Source: Eledone cirrhosa
Lineage: Eukaryota
Assembly: GCA_964016885.1 (NCBI GenBank)
Contig: OZ024745.1
Span: forward strand, 1,798,001-1,862,000
Direction of reading: 5' to 3'
Length of the DNA: 64,000 nucleotides
This document shows, one piece after another, positions 49,301-63,301 of the stretch; within the stretch, counting starts at the first letter, position 1, and each line of letters opens with the position of its first letter. The translations under genes and the position numbers were made by a program. Below the pieces are notes generated by a model that had not been told where the DNA came from, searched no databases, and saw only the letters and a program-made list of their open reading frames with translations.

Positions 49301-52300
49301 GTGGTGTGTACACAGCTAGGCTGTTATAAAGTGGTGGCGGAGGTGGTGGTGTGCACACAGCTAGGCTGTTATAAAGTGGTGGCGGTGGTGGTGTGTACAC
49401 AGTTAGGCTGTTATAAAGTAGTGGCGGTGGTGGTGGTGTGTACACAGCTAGGCTGTTATAAAGTGGTGGTGGTGGTGGTGTGTACACAGCTAGGATGTTA
49501 TAAAGTGGTGGTGGTGGTTGTGGTGGTGGTGTGTACACAGGTAGGCTATTATAAAGTAGTGGCGGTGGTGGTGGTGTGTACAGAGCTAGGCTGTTATAAA
49601 GTGGTGGTGGTGGTGGTGTGTACACAGTTAGGCTGTTATAAAGTAGTGGCGGTGGTGGTGGTGTGTACAGAGCTAGGCTGTTATGAAGTAGTGGTGGTGT
49701 TGGTGGTGTGTACACAGCTAGGCTGTTATAAAGTGGTGTGGTGGTGGTGGTGTGTACATAGCTAGGCTGTTATAAAGTAGTGGTGGTGGTGGTGGTGTGT
49801 ACACAGCTAGGCTTTTATAAAGTGGGGGCGGTGGTGGTGTGTACACAGTTCGGCTCTTATAAAGTGGTGGTGGTGGTGTGTACACAGTTTGGCTGTTATA
49901 AAGTAGTAGGTGGTGTTGGTGGTGTGTACACAGCTACGATGTTATAAAGTGGGGGCGGTGGTGGTGTGTACACAGTTAGGATGTTATAAAGTGGTGGTGG
50001 TGGTGGTGCGTACACAGCTAGGATGTTATAAAGTGGTGGTGGTGTGTACACAGCTAGGATGTTATAAAGTGACGGTGGTGGTTTGTACACAGCTAGGATG
50101 TTTTAAAGTGGCGGTGGTGGTGGTGTGTACACAGCTAGGCTGTTATAAAGTGGTGGTGGTAGTGGTGTGTACACAGTTCGGCTGTTATAAAGTAGTGGTG
50201 GTGGTGGTGGTGTGTACACAGCTAGGCTGTTATAAAGTGGTGGTGGTGGTGGTGGTGTGTTCACAGCTAGGATGTTATAAAATGGTGGCGGTGGTGGTGT
50301 GTACACAGTTAGGCTGTTATAAAGTAGTGGTGGTGGTGGTGTGTACACAGTTAGGCTGTTATAAAGTAGTGGTGGTGGTGGTGTGTACACAGTTAGGATG
50401 TTATAAAGTGGTGGTGGTGGTGGTGTGTACACAGTTCGGCTGTTATAAAGTAGTGGTGGTGCTGGTTGTGTGTACACAGCAAGGCTGTTATAAAGTGGTG
50501 GTGGTGGTGGTGGTGTGTACACAGTTAGGCTGTTATAAAGTGGTGGTGGTGGTGGTGTTGGTGGTGTTTACACAGCTAGGATGTTATAAAGTGGTGGTGT
50601 TGGTGGTGGTGGTGCTCTGTACACAGTTAGGCTGTTATAAAGTAGTGGCGGTGCTGGTGGTGTCTACACAGCTAGGCTGTTATAAAGTGGTGGTAGTGGT
50701 GGTGGTGTGTACACAGTTAGGCTGTTATAAAGTGGTGCTGGTGGTGGTGTTGGTGGTGTTTACACAGCTAGGATGTTATAAAGTGGTGGTGTTGGTGGTG
50801 GTGGTGCTCTGTACACAGTTAGGCTGTTATAAAGTAGTGGCGGTGCTGGTGGTGTGTACACAGCTAGGCTGTTATAAAGTGGTGGTGGTGGTGGTTGTGT
50901 GTACACAGCTAGGATGTTATAAAGTGGTGGTGGTGGTGTGTACACAGTTAGGCTGTTATAAAGTAGTGGCGTTGGTGGTGGTGTGTACACAGCTAGGATG
51001 TTATAAAGTGGTGGTGGTGGTGGTGGTGTGTACACAACTAGGCCGTTATAAAGTGGAGGCGGTGGTGGTGGTGTGTACACAGTTAGGCTGTTATAAAGTG
51101 GTGTGGTGGTGGGGTGTACACAGCTAGGATGTTATAAAGTGGTGTTGGTGGTGGTGGTGTGTACACAGCTAGGATGTTATAAAGTGGTGTTGGTGGTGGT
51201 GGTGTGTACACAGCTAGGCCGTTATAAAGTGGGGGCGGTGGTGGTGTGTACACAGTTAGGATGTTATAAAGTAGTGGTGGTGGTGGTGTGTACACAGCTA
51301 GGATGTTATAAAGTGGTGGCGGTGGTGGTGGTGTGTACACAGCTAGGCCGTTATAAAGTAGTGGTGGTGGTGGTGTGTACACAGCTAGGATGTTATAAAC
51401 TGGTGGTGGTGGTGGTGTGTACACAGTTCGGCTGTTATAAAGTGGTGGCGGAGGTGGTGTGTACACAGCTAGTATTTTATAAAGTAGTGGTGGTGGTGGT
51501 GGTGTGTACACAGTTTGGCTGTTATAAAGTGGTGGTGGTGGTGGTGGTGTGTACACAGTTCGGCTGTTATAAAGTGGTGGCGGAGGTGGTGTGTACACAG
51601 CTAGGATGTTATAAAGTAGTGGTGGTGGTGGTGGTGTGTACACAGTTCGGCTGTTATAAAGTGGTGGTGGTGCTGGTGTGTACACAGTTTGGCTGTTATA
51701 AAGTGGTGGTGGCGGTCGTGGTGTGTACACAGTTAGGCTGTTATAAAGTAGTGGCGGTCGTGGTGTGTACACAGTTCGGCTGTTATAAATTGGTGGTGGT
51801 GCTGGTGTGTACGCAGTTTGGCTGTTATAAAGTGGTGGTGGTGCTGGTGTGTACACAGTTAGGCCGTTATAAAGTGGTGGTGGCGGTGGTGATGTGTACA
51901 CAGTTAGGCTGTTATAAAGTAGTGGTGGTGGTGTTAGCGGTGTGTACACAGCTAGGCTGTTATAAAGTGGTGGTGGCGGTGGTGTGTACACAGTTAGGCT
52001 GTTATAAAGTAGTGGTGGTGGTGGTGTGTACACAGTTAGGCTGTTATAAAGTAGTGGTGGTGGTGTTAGCGGTGTGTACACGGTTAGGCTGTTATAAAGT
52101 GGTGGCGGAGGTGGTGTGTACACAGTTCGGTTGTTATAAAGTGGTGGCGGTGGTGGTGTGTACACAGTTCGGTTGTTATAAAGTGGTGGCGGTGGTGGTG
52201 TGTACACAGTTAGGCTGTTATAAAGTGGTGGTGGTGGTGGTGTGTACACAGTTCGGCTGTTATAAAGTGGTGGGGGTGCTGGTAGTGTGTACACAGCTAA

Positions 52301-55300
52301 GCTGTTATAAAGTGGTGGCGGTGGTGGTGGTGTGTACACAGCTAGGCTGTTATAATGTAGTGGTGGTGGTAGTGGTGTGTACACAGTTAGGATGTTATAA
52401 AGTAGTGGCGGTGGTGGTGTGTACACAGTTCGGCTATTGTAAAGTAGTGGTGGTGGTGGTGTGTACACAGTTAGGCTGTTATAAAGTGGTGGTGGTGGTG
52501 GTGGTGTATACACAGTTTGGCTGTTATAAAGTGGTGGTGGTGGTGGTGGTGTGTACACAGTTAGGCTGTTATAAAGTAGTGGTGGTGGTGTGTACACAGT
52601 TAGGCTGTTATAAAGTAGTGGCGGAGGTGGTGTGTACACAGCTAGGATGTTATAAAGTAGTGGTGGTGGTGGTGGTGTGTACACAGCTAGGCTGTTATAA
52701 AGTGGTGGTGGCGGTGGTGGTGTGTACACAGTTAGGCTGTTATAAAGTAGTGGTGGTGGTGGTGGTGGTGTGTACACAGTTAGGCTGTTATAAAGTAGTG
52801 GTGGTGGTGGTGGTGTGTACACAGTTCGGCTGTTATAAAGTAGTGGTGGTGGTGGTGGTGTGTACACAGCTAGGCTTTTATAAAGTGGTGGTGGCGGTGG
52901 TGGTGTGTACACAGTTCGGTTGTTATAAAGTGGTGGTGGTGGTGGTGTGTACACAGTTAGGCTGTTATAAAGTGGTGGTGGTGGTGGTGTGTACACAGTT
53001 AGGCTGTTATAAAGTAGTGGTAGTGGTGGTGTGTACACAGTTAGGCTGTTATTAAGTAGTGGTGGTGGTGGTGTGTACACAGCTAGGCTGTTATAAAGTG
53101 GTGGTGGTGGTGGTGTGTTCACAGCTAGGATGTTATAAAGTAGTGGCGGTGGCGGTGTGTACACAGTTAGGCTGTTATAAAATGGTGGTGGTGGTGGTGT
53201 GTACACAGTTAGGCTGTTATAAAGTGGTGGTGGTGGTGGTGGTGTGTACACAGTTAGGCTGTTATAAAGTAGTGGTGGTGGTGGTGTGTACACAGCTAGG
53301 CTGTTATAAAGTGGTGGTGGTGGTGGTGGTGGCAGTGTGTTCGCAGCTAGGCTGTTATAAAGTGGTGGTGGTGGTGGTGTGTACACAGTTAGGCTGTTAT
53401 AAAGTGGTGGTGGTGGTGGTGTGTTCACAGCTAGGATGTTATAAAGTGGTGGTGGTGGTGGTGGTGGTGTGTACACAGTTAGGCTGTTATAAAGTAGTGG
53501 TGGTGGTAGTGTGTACACAGCTAAGCTGTTATAAAGTAGTGGTGGCGGTGTTGGTGGTGGTGGTGGTGTGTTCACAGCTAGGCTGTTATAAAGTGGTGGT
53601 GGTGGCGGTGTGTACACAGCTAGGCTGTAATAAAGTGGTGGTGGCGGTGGTGGTGTGTACACAGTTAGGCTGTTATAAAGTAGTGGTGGTGGTGGTGTGT
53701 ACACAGTTAGGCTGTTATAAAGTGGTGGTGGCGGTGGTGGTGTGTTCACAGCTAGGATGTTATAAAGTGGTGGTGGTGGTGGTGGTGGTGTGTACACAGT
53801 TCGGCTGTTATAAAGTAGTGGTGGTGGTAGTGTGTACACAGCTAGGCTGTTATAAAGTGGTGGTGGCGGTGGTGTGTACACAGTTAGGCTGTTATAAAGT
53901 AGTGGTGGTGGTGGTGTGTACACAGTTACGCTGTTATAAAGTAGTGGTGGTGGTGGTGTATACACAGTTCGGCTGTTATAAAGTGGTGGTGGTGGTGGTG
54001 TGTTCACAGCTAGGCTGTTATAAAGTGGTGGTGGCAGTGGTGGTGTGTACACAGTTTGGCTGTTATAAAGTAGTGGTGGTGGTGGTGGTGGTGTGTACAC
54101 AGCTAGGCTGTTATAAAGTGGTGGTGGTGGTGGTGTGTACACAGTTCGGCTGTTATAAAGTGGTGTTGGTGGTGGTGGTGTGTACACAGTTCGGCTGTTA
54201 TAAAGTGGTGGTGGTGGTGGTGCGTACACAGTTAGGCTGTTATAAAGTGGTGGTGGTGGTGGCGTTTACACAGCTAGGCTGTTATAAAGTGGTGGTGGTG
54301 GTGGTGTGTACACAGTTCGGCTGTTATAATGTGGTGGTGGTCGTGGTGTGTACACAGTTCGGCTGTTATAAAGTGGTGGTGGTGGTAGTGGTGTGTACAC
54401 AGTTCGGCTGTTATAAAGTGGTGGTGGTGGTGGTGTGTACACAGTTAGGCTGTTATAAAGTAGTGGTGGTGGTGGTGGTGTGTACACAGATAGGATGTTA
54501 TAAAGTAGTGTTGGTGGTGGTGGTGTGTACACAGCGAGGATGTTATAAAGTAGTGGTGGTGGTGGTGTGTACACAGCTAGGATGTTATAAAGTGGTGGTG
54601 GTGGTGTGTACACAGCTAGGATGTTATAAAGTGGCGGTGGTGGTGTGTACACAGCTAGGATGTTATAAATTGGTGGTGGTGGTGGTGTGTACACAGCTAG
54701 GATGGTATAAAACAGTGTTGGTGGTGTGTACACAGATAGGATGTTATAAAGTAGGGGCGGTGGTGGTGTGTACACAGCCAGGCTGTTATAAAGTGGTGGT
54801 GGTGGTGGCGGTGTGTACACAGCTAGGATGTTATAAAGTGGTGGTGGTGGTGGTGTGTACACAGCTAGGATGTTATAAAGTGGCGGTGGGGTGGGGTGTA
54901 CACAGCTAGGATGTTATAAAGTAGTGGCGTTGGTGGTGTGTACACAGCTAGGATGTTATAAAGTGGTGGTGGTGGTGGTGGTGGTGGTGGTGTGTACACA
55001 GTTAGGCTATTATAAAGTAGTGGTGGTGGTGGTGTGTACACAGTTAGGCTGTTATAAAGTAGTGGCGGTGTTGGTGGTGGTGTGTACACAGCTAATATGT
55101 TATAAAGTGGTGGTGGTGGTGTGTTCACAGCTAGGATGTTATAAAGTGGTGGTGGTGGTGGTGGTGTGTACACCGTTTGGCTGTTATAAAGTGGTGGTGG
55201 TGGTGGTGGTGTGTACACAATTCGGCTGTTATAAAGTGGTGGCGGAGGTGGTGTGTACACAGCTAGGATGTTATAAAGTAGTGGTGGTGGTGGTGGTGGT

Positions 55301-58300
55301 GTGTACACAGTTTGGCTGTTATAAAGTAGTGGTGGCGGTGGTGGTGTGTACACAGTTAGGCTGTTATAAAGTGGTGGGGGTGGTGGTGTTGGTGGTGTGT
55401 ACACAGTTTGGCAGTTATAAAGTAGTGGTGGCGGTGGTGGTGTGTACACAGTTAGGCTGTTATAAAGCGGTGGTGGCGGTGGTGGTGTGTACACAGCTAG
55501 GATGTTATAAAGTGGTGGTGGTGGTGTGTTCACAGCTAGGATGTTATAAAGTGGTGGTGGTAGTGGTGGTAATGGTGTGTACACAGTTCGGCTATTATAA
55601 AGGGGTGGTGGTGTGTACACAGCTAGGATGTTATAAAGTAGTGGTGGTGGTGGTGGTGTGTACACAGCTAGGATGTTATAAAGTAGTGGTGGTGGTGGTG
55701 TGTACACAGCTAGGATGTTATAAAGTGGTGGCGGTGGTGGTGTGTACACAGTTAGGCTGTTATAAATTAGTGGTGGTGGTGGTGTGTACACAGTTAGGCT
55801 GTTATAAAGTAGTTGTGGTGGTGGTGTGTACACAGTTAGGATGTTATAAAGTGTTGGTGGTGGTGGTGTGTACACAGTTCGGCTGTTATAAAGTAGTGGT
55901 GGTGGTGGTTGTGTGTACACAGCAAGGCTGTTATAAAGTGGTGGTGGTGGTGGTGTTGGTGGTGTGTACACAGTTAGGCTGTTATAAAGTGGTGGTGGTG
56001 GTGGTGGTGGTGGTGTGTACACAGTTAGGCTGTTATAAAGTGGGGGTGGTGCTGTTGGTGGTGTGTACACAGCTAGGATTTTATAAAGTAGTGGTGGTGT
56101 TGGTGGTGTTTACACAGCTAGGATGTTATAAAGTGGTGGTGTTGGTGGTGGTGGTGCTCTGTACACAGTTAGGCTGTTATAAAGTAGTGGTGGTGCTGGT
56201 GGTGTGTACACAGCTAGGCTGTTATAAAGTGGTGGTGGTGGTGGTTGTGTGTACACAGCTAGGATGTTATAAAGTGGTGGTGGTGGTGTGTACACAGTTA
56301 GGCTGTTATAAAGTAGTGGCGTTGGTGGTGGTGTGTACACAGCTAGGATGTTATAAAGTGGTGGTGGTGGTGGTGGTGTGTACACAGTTAGGCTGTTATA
56401 ACGTAGTGGTGGTGGTGGTGTGTACACAGTTAGGCTGTTATAAAGTAGTGGTGGTGGTGGTGGTGGTGTGTACACAGCTAGGCTGTTATAAAGTGGTATG
56501 GTGGTGGTGTGTACACAGTTAGGCTGTTATAAAGTGGTGTGGTGGTGGGGTGTACACAGCTAGGCCGTTATAAAGTGGAGGCGGTGGTGGTGTGTACACA
56601 ATTAGGATGTTATAAAGTAGTGGTGGTGGTGGTGTGTACACAGCTAGGATGTTATAAAGTGGTGGTGGTGGTGGTGTGTACACAGCTAGGTTGTTATAAA
56701 GTGGCGGTGGTGGTGTGTACACAGCTAGGATGTTATAAACTGGTGGTGGTGGTGGTGTGTACACAGTTCGGCTGTTATAAAGTGGTGGCGGAGGTGGTGT
56801 GTACACAGCTAGGATTTTATAAAGTAGTGGTGGTGGTGGTGGTGTGTACACAGTTTGGCTGTTATAAAGTGGTGGTGGTGGTGGTGGTGTGTACACTGTT
56901 TGGCTGTTATAAAGTGGTGGTGGTGGTGGTGGTGTGTACACAGTTCGGCTGTTATAAAGTCATGGCGGAGGTGGTGGTGGTGTGTACACAGTTCTACTGT
57001 TATAAAATGGTGGTGGTGGTGGTGGTGTGTACACAGCTAGGATGTTATAAAGTTGTGGTGGTGGTGTGTACACAGTTAGGCTGTTATAAAGTAGTGGCGT
57101 TGGTGGTGGTGTGTACACAGCTAGGATGTTATAAAGTGGTGGTGGCGGTGGTGGTGTGTACACAGTTAGGCTGTTATAAAGTAGTGGTGGTGGTGGTGGT
57201 GGTGTGTACACAGTTCGGCTGTTTTAAAGTGGTGGTGGTGGTGGTGGTGTGTACACAGCTAGGATGTTATAAAGTGGTGGTGGTGGTGTGCACACAGTTA
57301 GGCTGTTATAAAGTAGTGGCGTTGGTGGTGATGTGTACACAGCTAGGATGTTATAAAGTGGTGGTGGTGGTGGTGGTGTGCACACAGTTAGGCTGTTATA
57401 ACGTAGTGGTGGTGGTGGTGTGTACACAGTTAGGCTGTTATAAAGTAGTGGTGGTGGTGGTGGTGGTGTGTACACAGCTAGGCTGTTATAAAGTGGTATG
57501 GTGGTGGTGTGTACACAGTTAGGCTGTTATAAAGTGGTGTGGTGGTGGGGTGTACACAGCTAGGATGTTATAAAGTGGTGTTGGTGGTGTGTACACAGCT
57601 AGGCCGTTATAAAGTGGGGGCGGTGGTGGTGTGTACACAGTTAGGATGTTATAAAGTAGTGGTGGTGGTGGTGTGTACACAGCTAGGATGTTATAAAGTG
57701 GTGGTGGTGGTGGTGTGTACACAGCTAGGATGTTACAAAGTGGCGGTGGTGGTGTGTACACAGCTAGGATGTTATAAACTGGTGGTGGTGGTGGTGTGTA
57801 CACAGTTCGGCTGTTATAAAGTGGTGGCGGAGGTGGTGTGTACACAGCTAGGATTTTATAAAGTAGTGGTGGTGGTGGTGGTGTGTACACAGTTTGGCTG
57901 TTATAAAGTGGTGGTGGTGGTGGTGGTGTGTACACAGTTCGGCTGTTATAAAGTGGTGGCGGAGGTGGTGTGTACACAGCTAGGATGTTATAAAGTAGTG
58001 GTGGTGGTGGTGGTGTGTACACAGTTCGGCTGTTATAAAGTGGTGGTGGTGCTGGTGTGTACACAGTTTGGCTGTTATAAAGTGGTGGTGGCGGTCGTGG
58101 TGTGTACACAGTTAGGCTGTTATAAAGTAGTGGCGGTCGTGGTGTGTACACAGTTCGGCTGTTATAAAGTAGTGGTGGTGGTGGTGTGTACACAGTTAGG
58201 CTGTTATAAAGTAGTGGTGGTGGTGTTAGCGGTGTGTACACAGCTAGGCTGTTATAAAGTGGTGGTGGCGGTGGTGTGTACACAGTTAGGCTGTTATAAA

Positions 58301-61300
58301 GTAGTGGTGGTGGTGGTGTGTACACAGTTAGGCTGTTATAAAGTAGTGGTGGTGGTGTTAGCGGTGTGTACACGGTTAGGCTGTTATAAAGTGGTGGCGG
58401 AGGTGGTGTGTACACAGTTCGGTTGTTATAAAGTGGTGGCGGTGGTGGTGTGTACACAGTTCGGTTGTTATAAAGTGGTGGCGGTGGTGGTGTGTACACA
58501 GTTAGGCTGTTATAAAGTGGTGGTGGTGGTGGTGTGTACACAGTTCGGCTGTTATAAAGTGGTGGGGGTGCTGGTAGTGTGTACACAGCTAAGCTGTTAT
58601 AAAGTGGTGGCGGTGGTGGTGGTGTGTACACAGCTAGGCTGTTATAACGTAGTGGTGGTGGTAGTGGTGTGTACACAGTTAGGATGTTATAAAGTAGTGG
58701 CGGTGGTGGTGTGTACACAGTTAGGCTGTTATAAAGTGGTGGTGGTGGTGGTGGTGTATACACAGTTTGGCTGTTATAAAGTGGTGGTGGTGGTGGTGGT
58801 GTGTACACAGTTAGGCTGTTATAAAGTAGTGGTGGTGGTGTGTACACAGTTAGGCTGTTATAAAGTAGTGGCGGAGGTGGTGTGTACACAGCTAGGATGT
58901 TATAAAGTAGTGGTGGTGGTGGTGGTGTGTACACAGCTAGGCTGTTATAAAGTGGTGGTGGCGGTGGTGGTGTGTACACAGTTAGGCTGTTATAAAGTAG
59001 TGGTGGTGGTGGTGGTGGTCTGTACACAGTTAGGCTGTTATAAAGTAGTGGTGGTGGTGGTGGTGTGTACACAGTTCGGCTGTTATAAAGTAGTGGTGGT
59101 GGTGGTGGTGTGTACACAGCTAGGCTTTTATAAAGTGGTGGTGGCGGTGGTGGTGTGTACACACTTAGGCTGTTATAAAGTAGTGGTGGTGGTGGTGGTG
59201 TGTACACAGTTAGGCTGTTATAAAGTAGTGGTGGTGGTGGTGGCATGTAGACAGTTCGGCTGTTATAAAGTGGTGGTGGTGGTGGTGGTGTGTACACAGT
59301 TTGGCTGTTATAAAGTGGTGGTGGCGGTGGTGGTGTGTACACAGCTAGGCTGTTATAAAGTGGTGGTGGCGGTGGTGTGTACACAGTTCGGCTGTTATAA
59401 AGTGGTAGTGGTGGTGGTGTGTACACAGTTCGGCTGTTATAAAGTGGTGGCGGTGGTGGTGTGTACACAGTTCGGCTGTTATAAAGTGGTGGCTGTGGTG
59501 GTGTGTACACAGTTCGGTTGTTATAAAGTGGTGGTGGTGGTGGTGTGTACACAGTTAGGCTGTTATAAAGTAGTGGTAGTGGTGGTGTGTACACAGTTAT
59601 GCTGTTATTAAGTAGTGGTGGTGGTGGTGTGTACACAGCTAGGCTGTTATAAAGTGGTGGTGGTGGTGGTGTGTTCACAGCTAGGATGTTATAAAGTAGT
59701 GGCGGTGGCGGTGTGTACACAGTTAGGCTGTTATAAAATGGTGGTGGTGGTGGTGTGTACACAGTTAGGCTGTTATAAAGTGGTGGTGGTGGTGGTGGTG
59801 TGTACACAGTTAGGCTGTTATAAAGTAGTGGTGGTGGTGGTGTGTACACAGCTAGGCTGTTATAAAGTGGTGGTGGTGGTGGTGGTGGCAGTGTGTTCGC
59901 AGCTAGGCTGTTATAAAGTGGTGGTGGTGGTGGTGTGTACACAGTTAGGCTGTTATAAAGTGGTGGTGGTGGTGGTGTGTTCACAGCTAGGATGTTATAA
60001 AGTGGTGGTGGTGGTGGTGGTGTGTACACAGTTAGGCTGTTATAAAGTAGTGGTGGTGGTAGTGTGTACACAGCTAAGCTGTTATAAAGTAGTGGTGGCG
60101 GTGGTGGTGGTGGTGGTGGTGTGTTCACAGCTAGGCTGTTATAAAGTGGTGGTGGTGGTGGTGTGTACACAGCTAGGCTGTAATAAAGTGGTGGTGGCGG
60201 TGGTGGTGTGTACACAGTTAGGCTGTTATAAAGTAGTGGTGGTGGTGGTGTGTACACAGTTAGGCTGTTATAAAGTGGTGGTGGCGGTGGTGGTGTGTTC
60301 ACAGCTAGGATGTTATAAAGTGGTGGTGGTGGTGGTGGTGGTGTGTACACAGTTCGGCTGTTATAAAGTAGTGGTGGTGGTAGTGTGTACACAGCTAGGC
60401 TGTTATAAAGTGGTGGTGGCGGTGGTGTGTACACAGTTAGGCTGTTATAAAGTAGTGGTGGTGGTGGTGTGTACACAGTTACGCTGTTATAAAGTAGTGG
60501 TGGTGGTGGTGTGTACACAGTTCGGCTGTTATAAAGTGGTGGTGGTGGTGGTGTGTTCACAGCTAGGCTGTTATAAAGTGGTGGTGGCAGTGGTGGTGTG
60601 TACACAGTTTGGCTGTTATAAAGTAGTGGTGGTGGTGGTGGTGGTGTGTACACAGTTAGGCTGTTATAAAGTGGTGGTGGTGGTGGTGTGTACACAGTTC
60701 GGCTGTTATAAAGTGGTGGTGGTGGTGGTGGTGTGTACACAGTTCGGCTGTTATAAAGTGGTGGCAGTGGTGGTGTGTACACAATTTGGCTGATATAAAG
60801 TGGTGGTGGTGGTGGTGTGTACACAGTTCGGCTGTTATAAAGTAGTGGTGGTGGTAGCATGTACACAGCTAGGCTGTTATAAAGTGGTGGTGGCGGTGGT
60901 GTTTACACAGTTAGGCTGTTATAAAGTAGTGATTGTGGTAGTGTGTACACAGCTAAGCTGTTATAAAGTAGTGGTGGTGGTGGTGGTGGTGTGTACACAG
61001 CTAGGATGTTATAAAGTGGTGGTGGTGGTGATGGTGTGTTCACAGCTAGGCTGTTATAAAGTGGTGGTGGTGGTGGTGGTGTGTACACAGCTAGGCTGTA
61101 ATAAAGTGGTGGTGGCGGTGGTGGTGTGTACACAGTTAGGCTGTTATAAAGTAGTGGTGGTGGTGGTGTGTACACAGTTACGCTGTTATAAAGTAGTGGT
61201 GGTGGTGGTGGGTACACAGTTCGGCTGTTATAAAGTGGTGGTGGTGGTGGTGGTGTGTACACAGTTTGGCTGTTATAAAGTAGTGGTGGTGGTGGTGGTG

Positions 61301-63301
61301 TGTACACAGCTAGGCTGTTATAAAGTGGTGGTGGCGGTGGTGTGTACACAGTTTGGCTGTTATAAAGTGGTGGTGGTGGTGGTGTGTACACAGTTTGGCT
61401 GTTATAAAGTGGTGGTGGTGGTGGTGTGTACACAGTTCGGCTGTTTTAAAGTGGTGGCGGTGGTGGTGTGTACACAGTTTGGCTGTTATAAAGCGGTGGT
61501 GGTGGTGGTGGTGTGTACACAGTTAGGCTGTTATAAAGTGGTGGTGGCGGTGGTGGTGTGTACACAGTTAGGCTGTTATAAAATAGTGGTGGTGGTGGTG
61601 GTGTGTACACAGCTAGGCTGTTATAAAGTGGTGGTGGTGGTGCTGTGTACACAGTTAGGCTGTTATAAAGTGGTGGTGGCGGTGGTGTGTACACAGCTAG
61701 GCTGTTATAAAGTGGTGGTGGTGGTGTGTTCACAGCTAGGCTGTTATAAAGTGGTGGTGGTGGTGGTGTGTACACAGTTAGGCTGTTATAAAGTAGTGGT
61801 GGTGTGTACACAGCTAGGATGTTATAAAGTAGTGGCGGTGGCGGTGTGTACACAGTTAGGCTGTTATAAAATGGTGGTGGAGGTGGTGTGTACACAGTTA
61901 GGCTGTTATAAAGTGGTAGTGGTGGTGGTGTGTACACAGTTAGGCTGTTATAAAATAGTGGTGGTGGTGGTGTGTACACAGCTAGGCTGTTATAAAGTGG
62001 TGGTGGTGGTGGTGGTGTGTTCACAGCTAGTCTGTTATAAAGCGGTGGTGGTGGTGGTGGTGGTGTGTACACAGTTAGGCTGTTATAAAATAGTGGTGGT
62101 GGTGGTGGTGTGTACATAGTTAGGCTGTTATAAAGTGGTGGTGGTGGTGGTGGTGTGTTCACAGTTAGGCTGTTATAAAATAGTGGTGGTGGTGGTGGTG
62201 TGTTCACAGTTAGGATGTTATAAAGTGGCGGTGGTGGTGGTGTGTACACAGCTAGGCTGTTATAAAGTGGTGGTGGTGGTGTGTACACAGTTAGGCTGTT
62301 ATAAAGTAGTGGTGGTGGTGGTGTGTACACAGCTAGGCTGTTATAAAGTGGTGGTGGTGGTGGTGGTGGTGTGTACACGGCTAGGATGTTATAAAGTGGT
62401 GGTGGTGGTGGTGTGTACACAGTTAGGCTGTTATAAAATAGTGGTGGTGGTGGTGTGTACACAGTTAGGCTGTTATAAAGTGGTGGTGGTGGTGGTGGTG
62501 GTGGTGTGTACACAGTTAGGCTGTTATAAAATAGTAGTGGTGGTGGTGGTGTGTACACAGCTAGGCTGTTATAAAGTGGTGGTGGTGGTGGTGTGTACAC
62601 AGTTAGGCTGTTATAATGTGGTGGTGGTGGTGGTGTGTACACAGTTAGGCTGTTATAAAGTAGTGGTGGTGGTGGTGTGTACACAGCTAGGCTGTCATAA
62701 AGTGGTGGTGGTGGTGGTGGTGGTGGTGGTGTGTTCACAGCTAGGCTGTTATAAAGTGGTGGTGGTGGTGGTGTGTACACAGTTAGGCTGTTATAAAGTA
62801 GTGGTGGTGGTGGTGTGTACACAGCTAGGCTGTTATAAAGTGGTGGTGGTGGTGGTGGTGGTGTGTTCACAGCTAGGATGTTATAAAGTGGGGGCGGTGG
62901 TGGTGTGTACACAGTTAGGCTGTTATAAAGTGGTGGTGGTGGTGGTGCGTTCACAGCTAGGATGTTATAAAGTGGTGGTGGTGGAGGTGGTGTGTACACA
63001 GTTAGGCTATTATAAAGTAGTGGTGGTGGTGGTGTGTACACCGCTAGGCTGTTATAAAGTAGTGGTGGTGGTGGTGTGTACACAGCTAGGCTGTTATAAA
63101 GTGGTGGTGGTGGTGGTGGTGGTGGTGGTGTGTTCACAGCTAGGCTGTTATAAAGTGGTGGTGGTGGTGGTGTGTACACAGCTAGGCTGTTATAAAGTAG
63201 TGGTGGTGGTGGTGTGTACACAGCTAGGCTGTTATAAAGTGGTGGTGGTGGTGGTGGTGGTGTGTACACAGCTAGGATGTTTTAAAGTGGTGGTGTGTAC
63301 A
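19367..63301. repeat. ~44-kb composite satellite, ~42-bp unit GTGTACACAG(C/T)T(A/C)GG(C/A)TGTTATAAAGT(A/G)(GTG)n
   Basis: On the order of 1000 head-to-tail units, all in one orientation, with no insertions seen. Unit length varies almost only by GTG triplets. Confidence 0.99.

Noticed and set aside
19367-63301. CRISPR-like constant repeat with variable spacer
   Set aside because: The variable parts are only (GTG)n length variants, not unique spacers. The context is eukaryotic and there are no cas genes.
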